Origin: Marsupella aquatica
Taxonomy: Eukaryota > Plantae > Marchantiophyta
Assembly: GCA_973895155.1 (NCBI GenBank)
Contig: OZ316897.1
Location: 8,703,832-8,767,831, forward strand
Length of the DNA: 64,000 bases
Reading direction: 5' to 3'
Numbering within the stretch: position 1 is the first letter of the stretch; each line of letters begins with the position of its first letter. Shown in pieces: positions 26,205-39,091 of this stretch. Made by a program: the position numbers and the translations under genes. The notes beneath the pieces were generated by a model. It ran no database searches. It was not told the DNA's origin and worked only from the letters and a program-made list of their open reading frames with translations.

Positions 26205-29200
26205 ATGACTATGGAGTTTTCTTCCTCCCATTCTCGTCTGTCTTGTGGAAGTGGTGGAAGTGGCGCACAACAAGGGTATGGATCGGCGGTGGAGGACGAT
26301 GCGGGGTCGGATGATGCAGCTGAGAAACAATGGAGAACGAAGTGGAAGAAGCGAGGGATTGGATTCTCGTTCTGGCGCACGCTGAACTCATGGAAGCTGT
26401 TTGAGATACTTGTGGTGACTGTGATGGCATTGGTCCTGCTTTCCGAGGTGCGCCGTACTTTTCTCGACCGTTCATCGTCGACAAGTATATTCTACTGCTC
26501 TACTACTTTGAATTGTCGTTGCTGTTTCTGAGTCTCTCCGTTTCCTTTTTGCGATTTGTCCCGAAGAGATCCGATTCAACTACGTTTCGGTTTGGGTCCT
26601 CCGGTTTGTGAATTCATGGTCAAAGTCCAGATATCTTGCGCAATCCTTGAAATCCGCCCCAAACCTCTTGTTGTGATGAATTTCAGCATAATGCCGGTCA
26701 TTGGGTTTCTTGTTTTGGGGGGTTTCTTCGTGACTAGACGTCTGGCATGCACCTCAAGTTGTCTTCAACAGTTTTGTCTTCGCTGATGAAGTACAGGTGG
26801 TGGCTTGGAGGGAATATTTACGGAGGAAGCTCTCAAGATGAACGGGACGGATGACAAACTGAGCAACTTAAACAACATGGATATGCCGTCCCGCAAAGGA
26901 GTAGGTAGTAGTTCTTGCTTTATCCCAACTCCTCGTGACAAGTTTTCTATCCGATACTTTGCATCTTGGTTTCTTAAACTTTGTCGGATTAATTTGTCAG
27001 CTATTAAGTCAATGCCCAAAATCATTCCAGAGATTATAGCTCAATGTTCAAGTACCAGGGCGTCTTTGCTCCGGGTCAGCTCAACATCTGCTCATGCGGG
27101 AAATTTGTTCAGAAGGACGCCTGACCTTCGTGTTCAATTTTGGCCATCTTCTAACGCAGGAATTCAATTCTACTCGGTGTTACTCTGTTGTAGTGACTCC
27201 TAAAGTTTTGTTACTGGGACTCAGTATCCCGTCTGATGCAGCTTGAATGGATGTTTTCCTAAGTCGTTTCACAAGTTTTCTGTTCTGTTTTATACTGTAG
27301 AACAGATACTTGTGCCTGAGTTGCAGCTTTCAGAGATCCTGATTTAAGTTTTTTGGTGGTTCTTTTCGTGTAGCATGCCTTGATCTGCTTCCAGTGGAAG
27401 AATTGACGCACTTCAAGCTGCCATATGTCAGCACTACCGGCCCAGTGGAAAAACTTGAGTACGTTGAGCGGAAATCTTACGTTAGTTGGTCGGTTGAAGA
27501 AAGTCCTGTAGTTGGTTCATTCACTGGAAATCAGACAATGGAGGAAAGAGCCAACAGCTATAAGGTGATCCATTAATTCTTTACTTCTTCGTTTAGAATA
27601 TTGGCGAAGTTGTCTGCTAGTTTTGTCAATTTTGGTACCGACTTTGAACCAGAATTTTGTAAGACCATAGAAAACTTTCAAGCCCTAGAATCGATTACGC
27701 AGTTCACTGGACTTAACACTTGTAGAGAATCATTTGTGTCTTTCATACACATTTGCATTAACTTCTAGTCGCAGGCATCGTATTGCTAACTGGAGACCAT
27801 CTGCCCTAATGTACAGGTGCAAGCTACAATGGAAGTGCATTGTGGATTCTGTGACGGAGACAACGAGTTTTACATTGATGCTATCGACAAGGCATTTTTG
27901 GCCGAGTGTAAAATTGCGGTAGTGACATGCGCATTTGGTGGGGGTGATGATCTATATCAGCCCATTGGCATGACAGAGGCTTCACTGTCTCAGGTATAGG
28001 CTCTGAACTGGTCATGCATTTTAGCTGCTAATGAGGCAAACATACTGTAGAAATCGCATTCCGTATGAAGTCGATAAGAGTTATTGATGCAAGAGAAATA
28101 TTAAGTTCTGAATTGTCTGTTATTAGCTGACAATGTTGCCCTTGTCTTGCCGTGCCTGACTAGTCGCTCTGAGGAATATCTACGTCTTTATTAATGTTCT
28201 CAACACTAATTAATTTTCGGAGACCAGGTTTGCTACGTTGCGTTCTGGGATGAAGTGACCTTGGAACTTCAAGCCACTAAAAGGCGGCACCCTGATCTCG
28301 AAACTCGTCAAGTAGGACTCTGGCGTGTCGTGGTTGTGCAAAACCTTCCGTATTTGGACCAAAGGCGCAATGGGAAGATTCCCAAGGTTTGTTGAAGCGT
28401 TTCTATTGTATGTCCTGTCGTATGACTGTGATCTGCATGGAGCCTCGTTGTTTGCTGACTCTTCCCGTTCATACGACCTTCAAAGACTTTTCACTTTATT
28501 TGCAGTTGGTTCTTTCTGATGGTGCTCAATTGTCAACTTGTCCAATGGTTTACAGAGCCTTAAAAAGCTCAGCTTGGTCGAATTGCCACAGATTTCTGGA
28601 TCTATCTGCAATTTGCTGTACCCGTGAGATGCTGCGTGACTAGGAACGCATTTTTCTGTGCAGCTTTTGAACCACCGGTTATTTCCACAAGCAAGGTACT
28701 CTATTTGGGTGGACTCAAAATCCCAATTCAGACGAGATCCCATAGGGGTTATTGAAGCTCTCCTACTACGGCCAAAATCTGTGTTCGCAATATCAGAGCA
28801 CGGAGGTCGCAGCTGTGTCTACAAAGAAGGAGCAGCTATTGTCCAAAAGAACAAGGCTTTACCTAAAGAAGTCGCCATTCAACTTGGCCAGTATCGCAAA
28901 GAAAATTTACCTGAATATGCACAGTTCTATGGTCACAAAGGTGACAAGTCCTAACCCCCTTCAATCTTTTTACATCCTAATCCTTTTTGATTCTAACTTA
29001 ATCTTCCTATACGTAGTTCCAACTAGTTTACTTCTCGAGTTTTGTTTGTGATTCTTGCCTGAATGGAAAGCATCTTTGTAGATAGACATACACAGTCCCG
29101 TCTCTTCTCTTAGTTGCCACGGCCAGGGGCCCCGGGTCTTGGCTTGAAGGCTACCACAGACGCTTGTCAACGAGTAATCTGGAGAACACCATATTTGGCT

Positions 29201-29608
29201 TGTGAGACTAACTTGCTAGACTTCGCAGCTTTGAATCTGATATAGTTTGCTATCACATTGTTGTTTTTTCCAAACACTACTCGTATTAGTGTACGGTAGC
29301 AGAAATACTCCGACAGGTAAGAAGTTTGAGTTTGATGGATTCTCGTGTGTATTTGATGTGCAGCATTGGCTGAGGCATCCGTCATAGTTCGGGAGCACAC
29401 ACCTCTGACGAATCTATTCATGTGCAATTGGTTCAATGAAGTAATGCGTTTCACTGCCCGTGACCAGTTAAGTTTCCCATATGTACTCGTCAATCTGAAG
29501 GTCATGCAGCCCCACATGTTTAGTGTCTGCAGTCGACGGGCTCTTGTGAACAGTCTTGGCCATACAGGTAAGAAGCCCAAACCCCTCACTACCAAGTCCA
29601 CTTCATGA
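26205..29608 (+). CDS. DUF616 (TOD1/MUCI70-like) type II membrane glycosyltransferase-family protein, about 7 exons
   Basis: N-terminal transmembrane segment; FTGNQTMEERANSY, EVHCGF, VVTCAFGGGDDL, VCYVAFWDE, QRRNGKIPK|LLNHRLFPQARYSIWVDSK, AEASVIVREH..WFNEVMRFTARDQLSF. Confidence 0.9.
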
Positions 29609-31967
29609 TCGTCTCCAGCGTTCATATTTACCGTTTGAGCAATGAAACAACATTCCAGCTCATTAAAACTACTCCAGCAAGCAACTGAAGGTCTCTTATT
29701 AGCTGCTCCAAATCAAATTTAGCAGGTCAGCAACTGAGTCAGTCTGAGTCTCCAGTGGCTGAATATAAGCCAGGGACAAGTACTTTTGGAGATATCATCC
29801 CGGGGGGAAGTTGATGGCTTAGCCCTGCTGGAGTCTCTCATTCATTTTAGAGCATCGCTGGAGAACGGTGCATGTAGGTAATAATGTGTCCAATTTGGCA
29901 GTCTCGGGACATTCCCAGTCCAAATTAAGGACATCAGTTTTAAAGCATTATCAAGATTTCGTTAAATGGTGTAGTTCCAAGGAAAATGTTTGAGATGTAA
30001 TAAGTCTCGGCTAGTCCAAATCATTTGATTCAGCTTTCATGCTTTGTAAGAGTTGTTCCGCCATTAGCCAAGAGAGATTCATTATGAGGACATTGACCTC
30101 CTCTGTTTTGTTCTCTTCGGCTCACTCATGGTGAAGTGATCGGTGAATATGTAGCCGACTTATTGGACAGAATGTAAAGCCCAAATTTGCCATGGCTCTT
30201 TTCATATGTCGTATCTCAGCCGTCCCCATGGATCTGTTGACAAGTATCGCTCTTTGCACACTATTCACTGCTAGGAGTCTCACTAACTCTATTTGGTGAC
30301 TACAAAAAAACTGGACCTTGGAGGACTTTAAGTTTATACCAAGGTTAATTTTGGAGTGACACTCATGGCCTGCACATTAACTTGTAATTGGTTAATGGTA
30401 TTTGAGATATGCAAGAAAGAGCAATTCGGTGTCATTTTTGGAAAGCAATAATATCTGTCTGGGTTGTTAAAAAATTGGGGTAGACTGCCTATGAGTCCAC
30501 ATATAGTGAAAAGTGGTTGATTATATGTCTACTAAGAATCCAAGTGACCATTGCAATGACCGACCAATTCTGTAATTCAGTACTCAGGAGGCAAATACTT
30601 TCTGACAAATGGGGACCCTTTCTGACTGTCAAGAAAATGAGCCTAACCGCAAAAGTTGCTGTTCATGGTGAGAATAGATACACAATTATAATTGTTTTTG
30701 TCAAAATAGGCGTGGTCACTCACTTTGACAAACTAATTTTAATTTTGGGTAACACCATATTGTATAAAACTAATAGAGGTGAGGGTGTATGACATTTTGC
30801 CTTATGGAAACTCAGCATAAACCATGTCATGGAACAACAAGCGCTGGGAATAGCATGTTCTAGTATTACTGTTGTTTCAACACAATGGGCCTTGGGCAGT
30901 CAAATGAACAGTATGAGTGCTTCCTAGGGGTCAACTGAGAGATTTTCTGCGCCTACATGACCATTACAGATTTTGGCAGTGACTGGTAACATCCTTATTG
31001 GGTGATCAGATTTGTAGCACGGAGAACAGCAACAGGAAGAAACAGAGTGGGTTTTGCAAGGGTATTAATGTTTTTTCTCATTACAATGGGTATGGAGTAC
31101 TCAACTTTGCAAAACAGAGGTCAAGTTTTCAAGAACATGGTCTTCACATGAAGACAAGGTTATCCTTTAGAATATTAAATAATCTTGACAACAGTATCAA
31201 AACCGCAACCTCCCATGCAAAGAACCGTACTGTTTTTATGCAGGACAAATTTTGGCTTCTGGTTCATGCTCACTTCATTCCAGTTGAGAATAGGGACTTG
31301 GTTTATTCTAGCAAATCCTTGCTTGGTTTATTTTTTAGCAGTGGACCCATGCTCTCACATGTGAGATCAGAACAAAGGGTTTCCATTTCCATTTTGTACT
31401 TTTTGTGCCTATTTAGTTAGCCTTTTTTTGACTATCCACCAAACTGTTTGAAATGATTAACCTGCCCTAAAAATTAATGGATAGGAGTAACTTGACTATA
31501 TAACCCGACATAGCATGTGGCTTGTTTGCTGGCCCGTGGAGGCTCATGATTAACCCATGCTAACCCTTGGGATCTTGCCACAAACACAAAATAGTATATG
31601 GTACTTTTCCTAACCCATACCACAAATACTCAAAAATAATCACCTTCAGTGAAGGACTTGAGTTTGGTCCAAAAAGAAAATCTACTGATGAGTTAATGGT
31701 GCTCATTTAGGGAATTGAGAGGTTCCACAAAACACAGAGCTCACTCTGTAAAACTTGGCTGCATTGTGACAAAATGAAAACAGTACCTATTGCATCAGGG
31801 GTGAACAGTGAACAGACATTGAAGAGATCTGCCCACAACAAAGGCTTACTACTCAGGACTTTGAGTAATTGAAGCAACCTGAATATCATCTTATATGTTT
31901 TCTTCATCATGCATTCCTCGTCATTCTGAGACTCTTCTGACCTCAATTTTCAAAAGCTGTTGATCCC

Positions 31968-32230
31968 CATTTTTTTCTTGCCTTGAAACTGAAAGTTGAT
32001 CCATCCAACAGAGGATAGACGATCAACTCTGGAGCATGCACCTCTGTAGGGTAGCCACAAGGGGGGTCATACTGAGGGATCCGATAGGAACCCAGACCAG
32101 GAAGTGAGAGAGGGTATGTGTGTGTACATGGATGGGGTGTTGTGGTGGGAGTCATGATTTCTCCTCAGCCCCTGGCTGGTCCGCTTTGGGGCTCTGGCTC
32201 AACCCTCTCTCCAGCCTGGCTACCCTACAG
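31968..32230 (-). mobile_element. 5'-truncated, 5'-inverted copy of the SINE-like element with a 14-bp TSD
   Basis: aagctgttgatccc at 31954-31967 and 32231-32244. The left part is the reverse complement of 25170-25310. The right part matches 25080-25178 in direct orientation. Confidence 0.75.
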
Positions 32231-33517
32231 AAGCTGTTGATCCCAATTTTTCATGGACATTCTCTTGCTATTTTGGGCACGCTTTCAAAACATTCATGGC
32301 CAATATGAAACACTTTATTATGAAAGTTCATGTTACCAGCCCCTGGTATTTTTGAATGGATGAATAATGTGTACTTGCACACACGCACACGAATTTCTGA
32401 GAGCAACACGTCATTGACTTATTTGAGGAACAAACTGAAAACTGTGTAAGATGCTTAAGTATAAATGTGAGACCATGCTATTCAATGGGATGCAAACTTT
32501 ATGCACAAGGTAACTTGAGGCAAGACGGACATATGAGAGGCGTTCTCCCGTCATCTCCACCTTCTTGCTGCCACCACCTTCTGGGGCCACCTTTGATGGT
32601 TGGCTTTGGGTCTGGTACTTTGGTTGTCCTCTGTAGGGGGCAGGTTGGTTGTGGGCCTACGGGGATCCCCAACACCCGGGCAGGCCGGCGACTATGGTCC
32701 TGTTGACCTGGTAGGCTATGGTTCTGTTGAGCAAAGATGACATTCACAACAGGAAACCCATGGTCATCCAATGCACAAGTAGTTGACAGAGAGAGATATG
32801 TGATTCACCTAAGCTGAGGCTTTATTACACTCTGGGCCCGTCAGCCATACCGAGTCTCCGCATTACAAGTACGTTCTCCCTACCTCTCAATGGGCTCACT
32901 GTTGACTAACATAACCAAGTCTGCAACTAAGGTTAGCTTAACTATGGTTATAGTCATACCTCTAGACCTAAGAGTAAATGCCTAACAAGTTGGACACCTG
33001 TTGGAGTTAAGAAATTGTCACTATGTCATCATTCACACTCAATGTGGTTTTCCATGAACTCAATGCTCTTCATGATTTGTCACTTTGTCACGTCAAGATC
33101 AAGATCACCTGTGGAGTAACCTTCTCTTCTACTCTTACTAAAGTTAGAAATCAAATCTCTGATCTTTAGGTGTAGTAAATAATGTCTTGTTTCCGGAGCA
33201 TGACAGTCAACCAGCCCCTCAAAACTCAAGCTAAAGCTCTCATTTTGGGGGCATTATATACCATAATGCGCTCTAAACAGGACTCACTTATACTTGAAGA
33301 CTTTTGGTAAGTCCTTGTATTTTACAGGGGTTTCATTTTCCATAATGCCTCCCTTCTTTTGAGGAAGGGGTTAGAGGAAGTAACATAAGTGAAGGAAAAT
33401 GGAAAAAAGAGAAATGGTTTACCATATAAAACAAAACAAAAGATTGACTTACACAAGTAACTAGAATCTAATAATCTAATATATTGCATGGATCAATATT
33501 TCTCATTTTTCAATGTC

Positions 33518-34230
33518 TGCCAGGTTTTCAGCCAATTGCATGCCAACAAATTGCTGCATGGCCCTTTAAGGTTTTGCATTTATTTCACAACTTTACTTTT
33601 CCTTGTCTATATATTCCCAAAATCACTCAAGTTCTCACATATGCTAATGTCATAGACGTTACTTCTTCCAGGTTTTCAACCAATTGCATGCCAACAAATT
33701 GTTACATGGCCCCGTACATATTTCCACCCATTGCATAACTTTACTTTCTCTTGTCTATTCCCAAAAATCACTCAAGTTCTCACGTATGTTAATGTTATAG
33801 TTACTTAGTTCTCTCAGGTTTTCAACCAATTGCATGCCAAAAAATTGTTGCACAGACCTTTAAGTTTTCCATCCATTTCATACTTTTTCTTGTCTATTCC
33901 CAAAATTGACTCAAGTTTTCACATATGTTAATGTCATAGTTACTTCTTCCAGGTTTTCAACCAATTGCATGCCAACAAATTGTTGCATGGCCCTGTACAT
34001 ACTTACATCCATTTCATAACTTTACTTTTTCATGTCTATTTCCAAAATCACCCAAGTTTTCACATATGTTAATGTCATAGTTACTTCTTCTAGATTTTCA
34101 ACCAATTGCATGCCAACAAATTGTTGCATGGCCCTGTACATTTTCCCATCATTTCATGTTAAGTTTATTGTTTCTCAACAGTTCCCAAATAGTTACTCAA
34201 GTGTTCACGTATGTTAATGTCTTAGTTACC
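33518..34230. repeat. Tandem array, ~140-bp unit x5
   Basis: caggttttcaaccaattgcatgccaacaaattg recurs near 33520, 33668, 33816, 33949 and 34090. Confidence 0.93.
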
Positions 34231-34754
34231 GGGATTGTGAGAATAAAACCCATCAACACTTGGGCCCGTTTTTAAAGTCTTAGTTATATGAATTGTGAGA
34301 ATAAAACCTGTCAAATTAAAGTTGGGCCACAGCCTTTGTTTTGGGGGACACTCAAAGCTTCAAAAATGATGGCTTTTGGTCATAAACAAATGGTCAAAAC
34401 TTTGTCACAGGGCTATGTAAAAGTAATTTTGTTTTTTTTCACTAGCCTCTACAGTTACTAATGGACATGGTTACAAGTTATGTACTATGAATATGGTACT
34501 CAGTAACTTTTTGTGTCCCTAACCTCAACTACTGAGTCAAGGTCCGTCAAATTCTGAGCTTTGAAGCACCCTAGAATTATATCTCACAATGCCCTCACAT
34601 TATCCTAGCCTTACTGCCCTTTGCAATTTTTTGGTTTGTATTTTACAGGGCATTCTGGAGCATAATTCCCGGGTGAAGATCTGGATCATCTCTTTAGGGA
34701 TCAAGATTCTCCTCAACTTTTCCTAAAAATCTCTCAGGACTTTAATTGTACTAA

Positions 34755-34861
34755 GGTCCTGTTTTTGGAGCATTATGGGCAATATATATAGCCCCCAAAA
34801 CTCAAGCGGAAGCTCTCATTCTCCAGGGTATTATATCCCATAATGCCCTCCAAACAAGACC
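34755..34861. mobile_element. Tourist/PIF-like MITE (~107 bp); degraded relative at ~33183-33282
   Basis: TIRs ggtcctgttt..gg and ccaaacaagacc, flanked by taa and tta. The shared core aaaactcaagc..aagctctcatt also occurs near 33220. Confidence 0.6.
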
Positions 34862-35639
34862 TTACCGTATACAAACAACAATTTTCTATTATTTTACCCC
34901 CCAAACTGGGCATTATTGCAATCCTGACCCCCAAACTATTTTTATTTCCATATGACTCCTTAAAGAGCCACTAGCCATGACAAAAACATGGTTCCACAGA
35001 TTTCACCATATTTAGTAATTTTTCCTGAAATTGAGGAACAAAAGCTCACGGTAGAGGAGAGGAATGGGAAAAAGGGAGAAGTTTTGGACACTCCTCCTTT
35101 TATATGGCCAGTGGTGGTTTCAACAGTATATTGGTATACACATCCAGTATAATCGCCCAAGGCACCATGTGATCGGCCTCCCATCGACCCAGGGTTAGCC
35201 TAACCCACCATTGCTCCCCTCTGGTCACTCGCGCCCTTGCATTGCCCGTGAGCGCCCATTTTCTTTCAAAAAATATCAAGTAGGGCTGAAAGTTGCATGC
35301 TTCACACTCGGACTGACTTGCTGCTGTCATTGGGATAAGCATTGATTCACACGTCGCCTCCATAACTCAAATGGTCATTTACTTAGGCTGTTGAGAAGCA
35401 GCTCACGGGGCACTCACAGGCGACACAATGGTGTGGGTGACCAGAGCGGAGCAATGTGATTTAGGCTAACCCACTTACCTGGGTTGATCAAGGTCTCATC
35501 ACATGCTGCCATGGGGAGGAATAGGGGTAGCATGTTAGTAAAATTAATTTGGGGGTCAGGACCATGAGACTCTTATAGAAAGTGCAAACAGAAGCTAGAG
35601 TTGGGGTTTAGACTTCTGAAGTGAAGCCTCTTGACATTA

Positions 35640-36470
35640 ACTCTTGATAAAGACAAAACTAATGTTACTTATAAATCACAATTCAAACAAAAGGTAGAGT
35701 TGGAGCCTAGGCTCCTAGACTGAAACCTCCAGAATGTGACTAGGGTTACACCAAAATTTGCAAACGGAAAGAACAATTAGTCATTGCTAACACATGCAAA
35801 GAATGTGCATCAAGCTAGTAAGGACAAAATTGAAAGTAAATACCAAACACAATGATGGGGCAACTCTTGATAAAGACAAAACTAATGTTACTAATAAATC
35901 ACAAACAAAAGCTAGAGTTGGAGCGTAGGCTCCTAGAGTGAAACCTCCAGAATGTGACTAGGGCTTTGGGGGGGGGGGGGTTCACTATATGGAGGGTCAT
36001 ACATCACGTGCAACGTTTTAGGGTTTGACCCCCTAACTTATAAATGACAATTATGTTTTTGCAAAACACTTTCTTTCTTAAAATTTGCCATTTTTTATTC
36101 AAAAACACCTAAAACATTTTTTAAATACTTTTTACAGTTAAATAGGTCTATGTGTTCTTTACAACTGACCAGTCAATAAAACATGCCCTATGTGTTATTC
36201 CACAAATCTTTGGAAGTCTTCCGCCACACCCATTTAAATGGGCCTATACTTTGTTGCACATGATGTGCCACTTCCGTGGAAATGACCCCCCCCCCCCCTT
36301 CTTCCCCTGCCCCCCCCCCCCTTCTTCCCCCCCCCCCCCCCCCAAGGACTAGAGTTCCACCAATATTTGCAAATGGAAAGAACAAGTAGTCATTCCTAAC
36401 ACATTCAAAGAATGTGCATTCAGGCTAGTAAAGACAAAACTGAAAGTAAATACCAAACACACAATGGGGC
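35640..36470. repeat. ~222-bp tandem duplication whose second copy is split by a ~390-bp poly-G/poly-C-bounded insertion
   Basis: actcttgataaagacaaaactaatgttact at ~35640 and ~35863. The second copy breaks after aatgtgactag (35961) and resumes at ~36353. Confidence 0.8.
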
Positions 36471-36579
36471 AAAGATGAAAGAGAGGAACATAGATCCTTT
36501 TGCAAGTTTGTTTTTTTGGGTCTTAGGCTCCTTATTTGTAAGATCCATGAGTGTACTAGAGAGTCTCAAAGCTTGGAGG

Positions 36580-37410
36580 GGGGAATTAAGGTACATCAAA
36601 TTGCTGATGCCCTACTATAACACTGTACGAGGGCGTCTCAAAGCTTGGAAACTACTCATGATGACATTTGGTGGTAAGAACAGGTCATAACTTTATCACA
36701 AGACTACTGTGTAATTTTGTTTTGTTTGTTCTTTCACCAGCCTATACTGTGACTGATGGGGTATAGCAGAAGACCAACATTCATAGTCCATAGCCCATAA
36801 CTAAGGAGTTAAGGTAGATCAAATTGTCAGCTTTGTTAGGCCCTAGTATAACACAACATTAATATGGATCTTCCAAACAATAATACCTATCTTAATCTTA
36901 TTACTGTAGTGAAAAGAGCTTATGGACTATGAATTAAGTTATGGACTATGAATTCTATAGTCCATAAGTTTTTGTGTGCATAACTAAGGAATTAACCATG
37001 ACTTTTTGTGTCCATAACTAGGGAGTTAATATTATTAGTGTAGTGAAGCTATGGACTATGTTATCTACAACTATAATAAAGGATCCCACATTTTTTGTCC
37101 TGCATCCCAATACAAAATAGCTCTTGGGCGGGAAAGATCCACAACCCGTTATATTTGATTAATTGACCATTGATGGAGTAAATGTGCCCCCCTTGCACAT
37201 ATGTGTTTACCCATAAATGCCCGGGCCCCTACTCCCTATGGGCCAGCTCTCCGTGCACTAGTCCATAACTTTTTGTAGTCCATATAACTACTGTAGGGAA
37301 TTAAGGTTAGTCCATAACTTTTTGTGTCCATATAACTAGGGAATTAAGGTACAAATTGGCAGCTTTGAGACCCCTACTATAACACGACATTAATACCGAT
37401 CTTCCGAATG
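36580..37410. repeat. Cluster of short direct and inverted repeats (ttatggacta / gtccataact), probably a decayed MITE nest
   Basis: The motif occurs in both orientations. A ggaattaaggtac..ccctactataacac block occurs near 36582, 36805 and 37340. Confidence 0.55.
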
Positions 37411-37563
37411 GTAACATCGAGAGTTTCACCTTGGTGCGGACTGAGGAGTGAGGACTGTTGGGTGAGGAGAGAAGACTCTTCGGCGGCTGGCGAGATCGTT
37501 GGGCTGGGTCATTCGTGACCTCACAGGTGGGCCTGACGATTCCTCGCCTGGACGATTCCTAAC

Positions 37564-38190
37564 GATAAAATCGCGCAAGCTGTGCTCTGCTCTCACACCA
37601 TGCGAAGATCCGTTTTTGGGCCAAAATTTGGGCTTTGACGAGCTCTTGAGTGCCCCGAAACTTTAGAAGGACTTCGTTTCCGTCCTCTCGTACCCTGTGA
37701 TCCAATTTTTGCTCGGCTCTGTGAGAGATTTCTGTGGGGAGTTTTCGTTTGGCTAGAGAATCGGTCGAGAGAGTGGAGAGGGAGCTGCGAAATTTGATTT
37801 GATAAAATCTAGCCAAGCTGTGTTCTGTTCTCTCTCTACATGCGACCACAATTTGGGCTTCGACGATCTATGGAGTGCCCCGAAACTTGAGAAGGACCTC
37901 GTTTCCGTCCTCTCGTACGCTGTGATCCATTTTGCACTCGTTCCGGTGAGAGATTTCGGTTGGGAGTCTCGTTTTGCTCAAGAATCGGTCGAGAAAGTGG
38001 AGAGGGAGCTGCGAAATTTGGGTTCCAGCTCGCTTCGAATTGAGAAGGAGTTGGTTTGCTTCTTCTTCTTCTTCTGGGACGCTCATTTTTTCCTCAGCTC
38101 TGCGCGAGATTTTGTCGAGGCGTTTCGTTTTGCTCTTGAATCCGTTTTCTTGGCGAGGGAGAGGGAGAGGGAGAGAAAGAGGGAGCTGCG
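37564..38190. repeat. ~237-bp duplicated unit plus a partial third copy, upstream of the 38384 gene
   Basis: gataaaatc..caagctgtg at 37564 and 37801; gagggagctgcgaa occurs three times. Confidence 0.8.
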
Positions 38191-38383
38191 AACGGAAAAA
38201 TCGGCGATTTGTTTTCTCACGGGTGTCGCGTCGTCCACGTCTCACGATTGAATCCGCTAGTTCGTTCGTGAATCCGAGGAGGATTTAAGTCCGGGCCAGG
38301 AAGGGCGTTTAGTCTCGCTTCGTTGCTGCAGTCACCGTAGCTTGAGAGATTGAAGCCGATAGAGCTCGTGCGCCGAGAAAAGA

Positions 38384-39091
38384 ATGGCCGCTTGTGGGAT
38401 TTCTGCTGTATCGAGTTTGGCTGTATGTTGTGGCAGTGACAGAGGAAGAGCCCCAATTAAAATGCAGGGAGGAGGTGGAGCCGGAGGAGGAGTGGGAGCT
38501 TTTCGCACAATTGCCTCGAAATCCTCGTTTTCCGTTCTGTTTTCATCGTATTTTACAGAAACGCGCGTGCGCTCCGGCCGAAGAGGAGGAGCAGGACGGA
38601 GAGTTTTCGCCAGGCAGGGTGTCGAGTCCGCCAAGGAAGACGTTGGCCTTCTCTACCCTAAAATATCATCGCCAAGTAGTTCCCGCGAGTTCGAATTGTT
38701 CCAAGCTCAGCGATGGAGTGACCCCGGCAGAAACAAGCTCGCAAAGCTAAACGACGATAGCGGCCGGTCGGCCAGAGAAGCGTTGGCCAACAGAGGAGAA
38801 ATCACGGAGGTTGACATGGACAGACTTGTCGAAGCGCTGCTGCAAGAGGAGGGCCAATCTGCAGAAGACTACCGACGACGAGCGATCTTTTTCAATTTAA
38901 TTGCGGAGTTCTTCCGCCAAGGAAAGACCTACAGCACCGAAAAGGATGAAGCCTGGACTTCGATGCAGATGTTGGTGGACTCAATTTTAGCCGAAGACGG
39001 TCGCTCTCCGACTGATTACAACGCGAGGGCGCAATTTTTCGCCAAGTCCGCCGAGGTTTTTCCCTTCAACGCAGAGGTTGGGCAAATTTAG
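38384..39091 (+). CDS. Intronless 235-aa protein of unknown function, probably plastid-targeted
   Basis: MAA start, a Ser/Arg/Gly-rich N-terminus ending RRVFA, and two copies of an LVxxxLxExGxSxxDYxxRAxFFxxxAExF motif. Confidence 0.7.
   Translation: MAACGISAVSSLAVCCGSDRGRAPIKMQGGGGAGGGVGAFRTIASKSSFSVLFSSYFTETRVRSGRRGGAGRRVFARQGVESAKEDVGLLYPKISSPSSSREFELFQAQRWSDPGRNKLAKLNDDSGRSAREALANRGEITEVDMDRLVEALLQEEGQSAEDYRRRAIFFNLIAEFFRQGKTYSTEKDEAWTSMQMLVDSILAEDGRSPTDYNARAQFFAKSAEVFPFNAEVGQI

Noticed and set aside
32460-32990. Possible solo LTR ending cctaaca
   Set aside because: I could not define the other terminus or a TSD.
37559-38288. Overlapping ORFs of 96-150 aa
   Set aside because: They arise from the local 237-bp duplication and GA/CT tracts, with no coherent protein signature.
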